From a virus (lineage: Duplodnaviria > Heunggongvirae > Uroviricota > Caudoviricetes): a stretch of 40,638 nt of DNA. The position numbers and the translations under genes were made by a program. This document shows, in pieces, positions 19,641 to 28,612 of this stretch (position 1 is the first letter of the stretch; every line of letters starts with the position of its first letter). The DNA is taken from the IMG/VR virus record IMGVR_UViG_2778261641_000011, one strand, 5' to 3'. The notes beneath the pieces were generated by a model that was not told the DNA's origin, did not search any database, and saw only the letters and a program-made list of their open reading frames with translations.

Positions 19641-20859
19641 TGGTTTTTCCCTCATCGTTTTTTGGGGGCTTAAAATCTCCTGCCGGGTTAGCAGCATTCA
19701 CGCTTACCAGCATCTCGTCCAGCCCTTCAACCGGATTCATATCCTCAAATGCGCGGGCCTCATTACGGCTCATCCATCCATCGGTAATAGCGAAGTGATA
19801 GAATTGCGCGCGCTCCTGCGGAGTTCCGCGTAAAAGCCCCGTCAGATTGAACCTGACGTAATACCCGGCGGCTAACTCAGCGCGGGTAAACAAGCGACGG
19901 TTAAGCTCCTGCTCCCAGTTCGTCACCCACGGCATCATCGTGTAGCGGACAAACTGAATCGCCTGCGCAGAAATATTGGAGAAGGTGGCTTTTTCGAGGT
20001 CATTAATCATGTGCGCAGGAATATTGAAAATACCGGCGATCATTGAACGGTTCAGCTTCATCATGTCAATGATCTGAGCGTCAACTGGCGACACAGTCAG
20101 TGCCTTGTAATCCAGATCGGCTGGCAGCAGCATGGTTTTGTTTTCCTGGCGGCGTAACGCCTGCGATGCCTTCTGCCACTGATCTTTAAGCCAGCCCCAG
20201 CTTTCCTTATTGAGTCCGCTTTTAACGGATACTATCCCCGCCGGACGGGCATTACCGCTGAAGAAGCTTTCTGTGTATTTCTGACCGCTCATCCCCATGC
20301 CTATTGTTTCGGCATGTTGCATAATCGGACTCAGCCCCATCTTCTGATTATTACCCAGCGCTCGGATGTGGATCATATCGTCGGGGCTGATCGCAAACGC
20401 CCCATATTCGTTGTACAAACCGTAGGTGTATCGGCCACCAGTATTCATAAGCGTCGTTTCCCACGGCATACAGCAATCCAGGGATATGACTTCACCGCGA
20501 CGATTACGTTTCACCCAGGTATACCCATTCCCCCAGCCAAGGATGTGACGTTGCTTCAGTTCGCGCCATTTGTAGCTGGTTTGCCAGGTATTGGGCTCAT
20601 CATGAACCAGATAAAACGCAGGATGATCGCGTGCGGGTTCAACCTTCCCCTTGTACCTGCGCATAACATGCAACGGCATCTGGGCAAGGCTGGAAGACAG
20701 GACATAGATACAGGAATACACCGCAGCCAGTTTCATCGCAGTCTCAGGACTGACATAAACGTCTGCCCGGAACAGCCCATCAGTATCAACGGCATCCCCG
20801 GTTATCGGGGTGGAAGGATTCTCCAGTGATTTACTTCTGAACAGAGCATCAAGCAGCAC
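19633..20859 (-). CDS. Portal protein (HK97 family)
   Basis: Track ORF is 19633-20907 but both candidate starts are GTG. GTG at 20859 has an AGGGGGA RBS and gives the N-terminus [16 protein letters not shown]. Confidence 0.75.
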   Translation of the reverse strand: MLLDALFRSKSLENPSTPITGDAVDTDGLFRADVYVSPETAMKLAAVYSCIYVLSSSLAQMPLHVMRRYKGKVEPARDHPAFYLVHDEPNTWQTSYKWRELKQRHILGWGNGYTWVKRNRRGEVISLDCCMPWETTLMNTGGRYTYGLYNEYGAFAISPDDMIHIRALGNNQKMGLSPIMQHAETIGMGMSGQKYTESFFSGNARPAGIVSVKSGLNKESWGWLKDQWQKASQALRRQENKTMLLPADLDYKALTVSPVDAQIIDMMKLNRSMIAGIFNIPAHMINDLEKATFSNISAQAIQFVRYTMMPWVTNWEQELNRRLFTRAELAAGYYVRFNLTGLLRGTPQERAQFYHFAITDGWMSRNEARAFEDMNPVEGLDEMLVSVNAANPAGDFKPPKNDEGKTNE

Positions 20860-21010
20860 GCGTCCCCCTTCTGGCCATAGCCAGTGCGCCCACCAGCAGT
20901 AAAGCACCGGACAAAATCAGAGCCGGAGCCATACCAAACTGCAGGTAAATCCCGCACGTAAGCAGGCCAAAACCAGCCAGCCCGATAACATCAGCAATTA
21001 GTGATTTCAT
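20846..21010 (-). CDS. Small hydrophobic protein (54 aa, two predicted TM helices) translationally coupled to terminase
   Basis: ATGA overlap with the terminase large-subunit stop; product [53 protein letters not shown]. Below the 60-aa track cutoff. Confidence 0.4.
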
Positions 21011-22740
21011 AGAATTAAGAGATCATCGTCCGGATCAAGAGATGAGAGGAAATCGTCAGGTTCTTTGAGCATTGCCCGACCGATCGTCATAATCAGTGCA
21101 ACCGCACCATCGATTTTGTTTTCCGCCTGCTCCTTGACGGGCTTCACTAAATCATCGTTACCTGGCATGTTTTTGCCGACCACATTGCCGATACACCAGG
21201 TCATGATGGGATTGCCGTCATGATGAAAGCGTCCCGATTCAATCGCTGCTTCCAGCTCTTTCATAGGATCGGACATATTGGCGAAGTTCTGGACGATAGT
21301 GACGGGATTCAGATCTTCATCAGCAAGGTCATGTGACAGCCCGGTCGCCCCGAAGGGGTCGATGGGTGACTCACTGACCGGGCTGATTTTGTTCGCCGCT
21401 TTGGCCTCTTCGAGGATGTAGCGATAATCCACCTCTGCACCATCGGTAACGGTCAGGACGCCCATTTCCACCCATTTCTGAAAGCGTTCGGCTGTCCGTC
21501 TATCTTCATTTTTCTCGACGCTGTACACCGTGTCATACGGTACCCAGAAGCGCGGGGCCACACTGTAGTAATGCGTTTTACCGTCAATCTCGCGGGTATA
21601 AAGTCGCGCCATGCTGTTCATATCCAGCTTACGCGCCAGGTCAAAGGCCAGAATGCACGGCTGCCCCTCGAACTGCTCAAGGGTCAGTGATTTATCCTCG
21701 CAGCTCTGCCAGCTCACCAGGTTGAAATACGCCGAACGTGCCGACACCCAGATATTGAGGTGTTTTGTCTTAAAGACGTTTGCCAGACGGGCGTTATTTT
21801 TCGCACGCTGCTGCTGACTTAACAAAAATTCGCGATAAACCGACACGCCAATATTTGGATTGGCTTTTTCCAGCACCTGCGGGTCGGTCCAGTCGTCACC
21901 TTCATCAACGGTATAGATGATCCCGAACAGTTCATCGTTGGGTACCGAACCGTTGAGCATCTCGATAACTTCCCGCCGCTTGTCGTAGCACGGCCCCTCA
22001 ATGTTGTACCCGGCGGTGGTGATGGCCCACATCAGTGGCTGACGTCGCGCCCCCATCCCGGTAAGCATCGTGGTATAAAGCGCATCGGTGGCGTGCTCGT
22101 GATATTCATCCACCACCGCACAGTGGGGTGATGAACCATCACCGGGGTTACCGATCAGCGGTTCAAAACGCGCACCATCCTCCGGACGGTTCATGTTTGA
22201 GGCGTTAACCTCAATCCCGAACGCTTCCGTCAGCATGGGTGTGCGTTTACACATCAGTCTTGCCGGACGAAAGACTTCCCATGCCTGTTTCTCCGTCGTG
22301 GCACCGGAATACACTTCCGCGCCGAACTCGTTATCACAGGCAAAACAATACAGGGCGACACCGGCAGAGATTGCCGATTTGCCGTTCTTACGGGGGATTT
22401 CGGTATACACCTCACGGAAGCGGCGCAGCCGGGAGCCTTTATTGACCCAGCCAAACGCGCAGCAGATCACAAAGAGCTGCCACGGCTCCAGCGTGATGGG
22501 CATCCTCTTGAATGCCCACTCACCCTTGGTGTGCGGCAACAGCTGAATAAATTTGGCGGCCCGTTCAGCCAGATCCTTGTCGAAGCGGTAACGAAACGAC
22601 TTACTTTTTTCCGCCATCAGGTCATCAAGATGGCGCTGGCAGGCCTGAATCACAAACTGGCAGGCCACAATCTTTCCGCGCACGACATCCCGGGCATACT
22701 GATTGGCAGCATTTACGTTGGGGTAAGATTTCCGGCTCAT
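21007..22740 (-). CDS. Terminase large subunit
   Basis: 577 aa with an ATPase N-domain and nuclease C-domain architecture; preceded by the small-subunit gene. Confidence 0.9.
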   Translation of the reverse strand: MSRKSYPNVNAANQYARDVVRGKIVACQFVIQACQRHLDDLMAEKSKSFRYRFDKDLAERAAKFIQLLPHTKGEWAFKRMPITLEPWQLFVICCAFGWVNKGSRLRRFREVYTEIPRKNGKSAISAGVALYCFACDNEFGAEVYSGATTEKQAWEVFRPARLMCKRTPMLTEAFGIEVNASNMNRPEDGARFEPLIGNPGDGSSPHCAVVDEYHEHATDALYTTMLTGMGARRQPLMWAITTAGYNIEGPCYDKRREVIEMLNGSVPNDELFGIIYTVDEGDDWTDPQVLEKANPNIGVSVYREFLLSQQQRAKNNARLANVFKTKHLNIWVSARSAYFNLVSWQSCEDKSLTLEQFEGQPCILAFDLARKLDMNSMARLYTREIDGKTHYYSVAPRFWVPYDTVYSVEKNEDRRTAERFQKWVEMGVLTVTDGAEVDYRYILEEAKAANKISPVSESPIDPFGATGLSHDLADEDLNPVTIVQNFANMSDPMKELEAAIESGRFHHDGNPIMTWCIGNVVGKNMPGNDDLVKPVKEQAENKIDGAVALIMTIGRAMLKEPDDFLSSLDPDDDLLIL

Positions 22741-22753
22741 GATTCGATGATTT

Positions 22754-23248
22754 TCAGATTGTCAGAAACGGGTTAGTGGCTTTCTTCTTCCCCGCCAGGC
22801 CAATCAGACGCTGGCGGCTGCTGGGGTCGAGTCCGAGCATTGCACCCGTGCTGCTCATCTCGGACTCCTGTTCTTTTTTGGCGGTCAGCTCCGGATTTTT
22901 GACCATGCCGCCCATTGCACCGGTGATGGTGTTGCCCTGTATGGCAATATTTTTCACGGCACGTCGCCAGAACTCATAGGCCACGCACCACCGCTCAAGT
23001 ACCGCCAGGTCAGTCACGCACAGCAGGCCCTGACCGCAGAGTTCTTTGGTTGTCAGTTGCCACATGATCGTGGCGAGAGGGAGATCTTCTTCAGCGAACC
23101 ACTCCGGTGGCTCAACACCTTTGATGGGCGTAAAAACAGGTTCATCTTTGTTCAGGGCTCGCTTGCCGGGGTTTCCGGCCAGCGCCTTGCGCGCCGTTGG
23201 CTTGGGGCGACGCCCGGAACGCCCCGCCGTTCCAGCCATATGCGGCAC
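22754..23248 (-). CDS. Terminase small subunit (P27-family-like)
   Basis: 164 aa with a basic N-terminus ([22 protein letters not shown]) typical of small terminases. Confidence 0.7.
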   Translation of the reverse strand: MPHMAGTAGRSGRRPKPTARKALAGNPGKRALNKDEPVFTPIKGVEPPEWFAEEDLPLATIMWQLTTKELCGQGLLCVTDLAVLERWCVAYEFWRRAVKNIAIQGNTITGAMGGMVKNPELTAKKEQESEMSSTGAMLGLDPSSRQRLIGLAGKKKATNPFLTI

Positions 23249-23347
23249 TCCTGGTTAAATTTCATTTTTCGCGGGTATAAAAAAACGATGGGGCGGGCAG
23301 TCCGGAAGACGTCAGGCTGCAGGGATTTGACCCGCCCCTCCCCTCAT

Positions 23348-23393
23348 GCAGTTGAGAATTATTATCACTAGGCAGTTGAGAATTATTATCACT
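23348..23393. repeat. Two tandem 22-bp direct repeats (gcagttgagaattattatcact) between the HNH and terminase genes; candidate cos/terminase recognition element
   Basis: Exact copies at 23348-23369 and 23372-23393; a flanking GC-rich inverted repeat lies at 23291-23340. Confidence 0.5.
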
Positions 23394-23739
23394 TTAGCCG
23401 TTCACGGGCCGTCTTCGCCTTATGGCACGGCCAGCACAGGCTCTGCAGATTACTGTCTGCATCGGTGCCGCCATGCACTTTAGGGATGATGTGGTCAACG
23501 GTTTTAGCTTCACGCACCACACCGGCACGCAGACATAACTGACACAGGCCTTTGTCACGTTTCAGCACACGCGCACGGATAACGTCCCACTTCGAACCGT
23601 AGCCGCGCTGATGACGGGATTGTCCTGGCTTGTATTGCTTCCAGCCTTCGCTTTTGTGGCTTTCGCAGTAGCCTGACGGGTCTGTCGTGGTATTACGGCA
23701 GCCGCGAACGCGGCAGGCTTTTGGAGTTCGAGGGGGCAT
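23389..23739 (-). CDS. HNH homing-type endonuclease associated with the packaging module
   Basis: 116 aa with Cys-rich zinc motifs and a DHIIPKVHGG...N HNH core. Confidence 0.8.
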   Translation of the reverse strand: MPPRTPKACRVRGCRNTTTDPSGYCESHKSEGWKQYKPGQSRHQRGYGSKWDVIRARVLKRDKGLCQLCLRAGVVREAKTVDHIIPKVHGGTDADSNLQSLCWPCHKAKTARERLK

Positions 23740-23765
23740 AAATATATTCCTGTTCTTTGTTCGGA

Positions 23766-24038
23766 CTATTTGACTGCTGCCAGCAAAGCGTTACGGCGCA
23801 TCTCGATACTTCGAATCCCCGCTTTGTCAATATTGCATTGTCCCAACGCCGAAAGCAGGCTCACATTCAGATCCAGACTGGCCCCATAGGTCAGCGGCTC
23901 GGGAATGACTGGCTGGGGAGTTTCAGTAGTCAGGCTTGCTGGCAACGGTACCGCCGGAATCGGTACGTAAACTGTTCGCGTACTTCCGCAACCGGTCAGC
24001 AGCGGCAGCAGGCACAGGGCGTACAGCACAATCATCAT
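23766..24038 (-). CDS. o-spanin (Rz1-like outer-membrane lipoprotein), overlapping the Rz frame
   Basis: Starts at MMIVLYALCLLPLLTGC (lipobox LTGC); Pro-rich mature part. Out of frame within and beyond the Rz 3' end. Confidence 0.6.
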   Translation of the reverse strand: MMIVLYALCLLPLLTGCGSTRTVYVPIPAVPLPASLTTETPQPVIPEPLTYGASLDLNVSLLSALGQCNIDKAGIRSIEMRRNALLAAVK

Positions 24039-24348
24039 CCGCAACAGCCACTTTGATATCAGCCTGGGTTCTCTGTGACTCCAGTGCGATCTGCTGTTTT
24101 GCATGCTGGTTAGCCTCCAGAACTGTATTGACGATTTGCAGTGATTGCAGGACGTTATTGGTAATAGCGGTTGCCGATTCGGCATTTTGTACAGCCTCAT
24201 CAGCACGTTTCTTTTCGCGCTGGTATTTGCTGTGGTAGTGGTTAGCTGACCAGACGAGAGAACCGAATAAAGTCAGGAGGAAAGCAGAAATAACCAGCTT
24301 ATAGCGAAGTTTCATTAACCACCCCGCCAGCTTCTTTGAATTTGGCAA
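23923..24348 (-). CDS. i-spanin (Rz-like)
   Basis: 141 aa; N-terminal TM segment (LVISAFLLTLFGSLVW) then a coiled-coil periplasmic domain; follows the endolysin. Confidence 0.7.
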   Translation of the reverse strand: MPNSKKLAGWLMKLRYKLVISAFLLTLFGSLVWSANHYHSKYQREKKRADEAVQNAESATAITNNVLQSLQIVNTVLEANQHAKQQIALESQRTQADIKVAVADDDCAVRPVPAAAADRLRKYANSLRTDSGGTVASKPDY

Positions 24349-24775
24349 TCAGACTATCGATCTTGTGTTCATACTGACCGTAGCCAGCACCGGGCAATGA
24401 AGCCCAAATATTGCTGCAACGGTCGATTGCCTGACGAATATTGCCACGGTCAATCATCGGTAAAGCGCCACGCTCTTTAATCTGCTGCAGAGCTACAGCG
24501 TCCTGGCTTTCTGGAGAAAAATCTTTCAGGCCAAGCTGTTTACGGTAAGCATCCCACCAGCGTGAAAGAAGCTGGTAACGTCCGGCGGCTGTTGACTTGA
24601 GTTTCGGGTTTAGCGTGACAAGTTTGCGAGGGTGATCGGAGTAATCAGTGAAGAGTTCACCACCGACAATAACGTCATAACCGTGGTTACGTGTCGGTTG
24701 TCGTCCGTTATCCGTTCCTTCTGACCAAGCCACCATATCAAGGAAAGCTTTACGCTGGGAATTTAGTACCTGCAT
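24299..24775 (-). CDS. Endolysin, lambda R-type lytic transglycosylase
   Basis: 158 aa, near identical in motif content to lambda R (NSQRKAFLDMVAWSEGTDNGRQPTRNHGYDVIVGGELFTDYSDHPR...). Confidence 0.9.
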   Translation of the reverse strand: MQVLNSQRKAFLDMVAWSEGTDNGRQPTRNHGYDVIVGGELFTDYSDHPRKLVTLNPKLKSTAAGRYQLLSRWWDAYRKQLGLKDFSPESQDAVALQQIKERGALPMIDRGNIRQAIDRCSNIWASLPGAGYGQYEHKIDSLIAKFKEAGGVVNETSL

Positions 24776-24778
24776 AAA

Positions 24779-25114
24779 TTACTCCTTAGAGCCACCAAAT
24801 TTGTTACCGATTACTCGCATTGCAGCCCCACGAATAGCATCGACACCGATCAGCCCCACCCCACCACCAATGGCAACAGAAAGTGATTTAGGCCATCCGA
24901 CATACTCAAGCGCGGATGCAAAGGTCAACGTCAGAGCGCCACATAGCAAAATCTCGAGCGTTTTTCGCTTCCAGCCACCACCACCGCCAAAATAGGCGAT
25001 GCGCAAACCAGCCATAACAATCGACATAATCACTGCGCCCAGCGGCGTATCTCCACGCCACCAGCTCTGAAACAACTCCAGCCAGTCCGGCCAGGTATTT
25101 GGGTTATGAGGCAT
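24779..25114 (-). CDS. Holin
   Basis: About 111 aa from the internal Met (MPHNPNTW..., AGGTGAG RBS); three hydrophobic segments and a charged C-terminus; immediately upstream of the endolysin. Confidence 0.6.
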   Translation of the reverse strand: MPHNPNTWPDWLELFQSWWRGDTPLGAVIMSIVMAGLRIAYFGGGGGWKRKTLEILLCGALTLTFASALEYVGWPKSLSVAIGGGVGLIGVDAIRGAAMRVIGNKFGGSKE

Positions 25115-25158
25115 TTCGTCATCTCTCACCTCGCGATATTTGCGGGTGCTGTGTTGGA

Positions 25159-25185
25159 AATAAAAAGGCCACGCAACGTGGCCAC
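25159..25185 (-). terminator. Intrinsic terminator between the methyltransferase and holin genes
   Basis: Minus-strand hairpin ggccacg-ttg-cgtggcc followed by TTTTTATTT. Confidence 0.55.
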
Positions 25186-25190
25186 CAGAA

Positions 25191-26243
25191 TTATTTCCCC
25201 ACCAGTTCACTTACCTCTTTCACCGTCTGATTAAACCGCTCTGACTCAAGTTCAACACCTAACGCCCGACGCCCCAGCGCCATTGCCGCTTTTATTGTGG
25301 AACCGGATCCCATAAAGAAATCAGCAACCAGATCGCCTTGTCGACTACTGGCACTGATTATTTGCCGGAGCATATCCGCAGGCTTCTCACACGGATGTTT
25401 ACCCGGGTAGAACTGAACGGGTTTATGCGTCCAGACGTCGGTATAAGGCACGGAGACTGATACGGAGAAATAGCGCCGGAGAGATTTAAACTCATCCAGC
25501 AATTCAGAATATTTGCGATTCAGTGAATCATAAGATGCCACCAGCTGGTGGTGTGGTTGTTCCAGTTGTTGTTCCTGAAACTTCTCTGCCGCTATACGGG
25601 AAAACAGTGCCTGTAACTTCCGATAGTCAGCCTCATTCGGCAACTGCCACTGACTGGCACCAAACCAGTGGGAAACCATATTTTTCTTACCTGTGGCTTC
25701 GGCAATTTGTTTTGCCGTTATACCCAGTTCGGCACGAGCATCCCTGAAATACGATATCAGCGGTGCCATTATGTGCTGTTTGAGTTCCCTTTCTTTTGCC
25801 GCATAGCCGTCACTTTTGCCGCGATATGGCCCCTGGTAATGTTCAGCAAACAGAACGCGCTCTGTGGCAGGAAAATATGCGCGCAGACTTTCTTTATTAC
25901 ACCCATTCCAACGTCCGGACGGCTTCGCCCAGATGATATGGTTAAGCACGTTGAAACGTTCACGCATCATGATCTCAATATCAGATGCCAGGCGATGCCC
26001 ACAGAACAGGTAAAGGCTTCCGTCAGGTTTTAACACCCGCCAGAACTGGGCCAGACAGTGGTCCAGCCACTTAAGGTAATCTTCGTCCCCTTTCCACTGA
26101 TTGTCCCAACCGTTAGGTTTCACCTTGAAGTAAGGCGGATCGGTAACAATCAGGTCAATGGAATCATCAGGCAGGGACTGAATAAAATGCAGGCAATCAG
26201 CGTTGATTAAATCAACACTGTTTATTTTTACAGTATTTTTCAT
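25191..26243 (-). CDS. Orphan DNA methyltransferase (N6-adenine or N4-cytosine, beta class)
   Basis: 350 aa with motif IV TDPPY near the N-terminus and AdoMet motif I FFMGSGST near the C-terminus. No restriction endonuclease gene nearby. Confidence 0.85.
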   Translation of the reverse strand: MKNTVKINSVDLINADCLHFIQSLPDDSIDLIVTDPPYFKVKPNGWDNQWKGDEDYLKWLDHCLAQFWRVLKPDGSLYLFCGHRLASDIEIMMRERFNVLNHIIWAKPSGRWNGCNKESLRAYFPATERVLFAEHYQGPYRGKSDGYAAKERELKQHIMAPLISYFRDARAELGITAKQIAEATGKKNMVSHWFGASQWQLPNEADYRKLQALFSRIAAEKFQEQQLEQPHHQLVASYDSLNRKYSELLDEFKSLRRYFSVSVSVPYTDVWTHKPVQFYPGKHPCEKPADMLRQIISASSRQGDLVADFFMGSGSTIKAAMALGRRALGVELESERFNQTVKEVSELVGK

Positions 26244-26393
26244 GGATCAGTAAGCGTAACTCTGGTAGGCTCACTCTGCTTTTGCGCTAAAGCAGTGGGC
26301 CGTGGTTCGCTTGTGACCAGTAAGCATGAGCGAATGGCTGGCAGGTGCTACCAACACCCACCAGCCGCCCATTTTCACAGCAGGAAACCGCTA

Positions 26394-26597
26394 TTACTGG
26401 CAGCGTCTGAATTTATTCCCGTACCCGCCGTTATCCTTCGCCAGACCCGCCAGAACTAACTGAGTCAGTATTAACTGGCACCGGGCTTCGCTTACTCCGG
26501 TAGTTCTCGTCATCATGCGTGGCGTTACCCACTTGTCAGCAGGTAAGAAATGAAGGACTGCGGCGGCGGTTTCTGTCATATCTTGCTGTTTTAGCAT
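26394..26597 (-). CDS. Small putative winged-helix DNA-binding protein
   Basis: 67 aa from the Met with an AAGGGA RBS (track ORF 26394-26621); C-terminal helix-rich region; sits directly upstream of the methyltransferase. Confidence 0.45.
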   Translation of the reverse strand: MLKQQDMTETAAAVLHFLPADKWVTPRMMTRTTGVSEARCQLILTQLVLAGLAKDNGGYGNKFRRCQ

Positions 26598-26723
26598 GTC
26601 TTTTTCCCTTCTGGTTAACATGACATACCAATAACTCTTGTCTAAAAATCCAGCAAGATAAAAAGTCAGTATTCACGACCACCAGCGTGTTTACTGTACT
26701 GCACCAAGTTTACAGGTACAAAA

Positions 26724-26750
26724 AACCCGCTCAGTGGCGGGTTCCTAAAT
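26724..26750 (-). terminator. Intrinsic terminator just downstream of the Q-like gene (tR'-like)
   Basis: Minus-strand hairpin aacccgc-cactga-gcgggtt followed by TTTTTTG. Confidence 0.6.
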
Positions 26751-26789
26751 CTTATCAACGGTAGACATACAAAGCCCATCGTTGGGAAA

Positions 26790-26818
26790 ATCTTATCCAT
26801 ATTTTTTGAAAAATGCAA
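26790..26818 (-). promoter_or_regulatory. Candidate late promoter (PR'-like) between Q and the terminator
   Basis: Minus strand TTGCAT - 17 nt - TAAGAT, about 40 nt upstream of the terminator hairpin. Confidence 0.3.
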
Positions 26819-26849
26819 GCATCATGTCGACATCTTCGGCGAAAACCAT

Positions 26850-27632
26850 TTATCTTGTCACCTTTCTCAATTGTATCTCTGCATATGCTTCTTCCTGCCA
26901 GCACTTTGTAACCAGTTTATCAATGACATCTGCATATCCTTTGTACCACTGATAATCCGTCAGGTCTGGTACCAGCTTCTGGACATGATGCCGCGCCAGT
27001 GTGGTTGGTAAACGGCTAAACCGGTTTCCATTGCAACGCCCACAAATCTTATAAACAGGCGTGCCATGAAGCCGGGTCCTTTTTTCATCCAGGACAATAC
27101 CTTTACCCTTACACCCTCTGCACGCTGTGCTGACTTCTCCCTTACCATGACAATGCTGACATAGTTCCTTCACCCACTCTTCCTTGATAACAGATTCCCC
27201 GCTTCTGGAGTGTTTCACCACTTCGCGCAATACATTATGAAATCCAGTACCAGCACAATGCTCACAGCGAGCCTTACTTGCCGCAGACCTGGAATAATCA
27301 GCAAAGGCAAAATTCACAAGGTAAGGGATGATCTGTAACCGGGTTTCTTCACTCAATTTGTTCAATGTCGGGTTATCCAGTGCCATCGCGTAATTGAGCA
27401 GACCTTCAATCGCAAATTGAGGATCCTGAACACCAACTTTTGCCAGGAATAAGGCAAACCCAAGCGGTGCTTTCGACTGCACCATCCCCTGCGCAGCCAT
27501 CACATCCGTAATCGTTAAACCACCTGAGCCTGTCGCCGGTGCGTCATCGCTCAATTTTGGAGATTTTGGGGAGTAATATTTTGGTAAGGCTTCAAGGTTC
27601 ATGCTCGTTCTCCACTTACGCCAATACGCCAA
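26850..27632 (-). CDS. Putative late-gene antiterminator (Q-like), multi-zinc-ribbon
   Basis: 260 aa with four CxxC pairs (CEHCAGTG, CQHCHGKG, CRGCKGKG, CGRC); located immediately upstream of a promoter-plus-terminator unit preceding the lysis genes. Confidence 0.55.
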   Translation of the reverse strand: MAYWRKWRTSMNLEALPKYYSPKSPKLSDDAPATGSGGLTITDVMAAQGMVQSKAPLGFALFLAKVGVQDPQFAIEGLLNYAMALDNPTLNKLSEETRLQIIPYLVNFAFADYSRSAASKARCEHCAGTGFHNVLREVVKHSRSGESVIKEEWVKELCQHCHGKGEVSTACRGCKGKGIVLDEKRTRLHGTPVYKICGRCNGNRFSRLPTTLARHHVQKLVPDLTDYQWYKGYADVIDKLVTKCWQEEAYAEIQLRKVTR

Positions 27633-28611
27633 TTGCCAGCGCGCGATCGATAAAACGAAATATCAGCTCCAGCTGAGAGCCATACTTCTCTTCAAATGCC
27701 ACGGTATCCGCATGCAGCTCGTCGTGATGCTTTCTGCACAAAGGCAACACAAAGAGGTCATGCGCTTTTGTACCCATTCCACCCTGACCGTGGCCTATCA
27801 GGTGGTGGGGATCATCAGCAGGCTTTCCACAACATGCACACGGCTGCGTCTTAACCCAGCGCGTGTACTTTTCATTAACCCAGCGGCGACGTTTTGGGCG
27901 TAACATAAAAGACTCCGGCGACTCCGGATCCACTTTCAGCGCCAGCACCTTTTTCGCTTTATCCTGGATAATGCTGGTGGCAGGAACCGAAGGCACAAGG
28001 TCACTTTCCCGTGTGACAGACGGCACAACAGGCTTCGGTAATCTCAGTGCCTTACGGGCTGCACTTTCCGGTAAGGCATCCGCCAGGTCATTACGAATCA
28101 GCCACCAGCACAGTTCCGGCATTGTCACAACGTGACTATCATCAAAACCGAGATCCCGACGCACAACAGACAACACCCAACGGGCACAGTTATCCGTTGC
28201 CATTGATTCCAGCCGTTCCGTGAACTGATCGCGCAGCTGGTTATCGCAGTGCCAGCACAGACGGATTGCGCCCGGAGCGTGTCGCATTGTGGTCATGTTC
28301 TCGCTGTGCCAGTCGGAATGAGGCCACTGGCAGCCTTTTTCACGAAGTAACCAGCTTTCAAGACATTCCACGCCACCAGCACGACGGATCACTGCCTCAT
28401 TGCGGAACACGGCCCGAACGGCAGGATCATCCGCCAGCGGTTGTGATGCCGCCGGAACGGCACCACTGGCGAAAGATGAATAACGTTCCGGCTCAGGCTC
28501 CAGCAGGACACGCCCCTGCATAAACAGGGGCATCAGCTCTGAACCTGGCCTGAACAATACGATCCCCATACGCGGGGCAATTTCAGGGGTCAGTAGTGCT
28601 CTCACGGTCAC
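27616..28611 (-). CDS. DUF968-like phage protein with an HNH-like motif
   Basis: 331 aa; C-terminal CACCGKPADDPHHLIGHGQGG...CRKHHDELH; lambdoid nin-region position. Confidence 0.5.
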   Translation of the reverse strand: MTVRALLTPEIAPRMGIVLFRPGSELMPLFMQGRVLLEPEPERYSSFASGAVPAASQPLADDPAVRAVFRNEAVIRRAGGVECLESWLLREKGCQWPHSDWHSENMTTMRHAPGAIRLCWHCDNQLRDQFTERLESMATDNCARWVLSVVRRDLGFDDSHVVTMPELCWWLIRNDLADALPESAARKALRLPKPVVPSVTRESDLVPSVPATSIIQDKAKKVLALKVDPESPESFMLRPKRRRWVNEKYTRWVKTQPCACCGKPADDPHHLIGHGQGGMGTKAHDLFVLPLCRKHHDELHADTVAFEEKYGSQLELIFRFIDRALAIGVLA

Positions 28612-28612
28612 C

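Noticed and set aside
19640-19697. N-terminal extension of the prohead protease ORF (start at 19697)
   Set aside because: It would overlap the portal 3' end by 65 nt and lacks an RBS; the internal Met at 19640 has a GAGGGA RBS and a typical protease N-terminus.
26244-26393. Possible tRNA between the methyltransferase and the small wHTH gene (tRNAs often sit between Q and lysis genes in lambdoid phages)
   Set aside because: No T-loop (GGTTCGANTCC-like) with a complementary T-stem or acceptor stem could be found on either strand.
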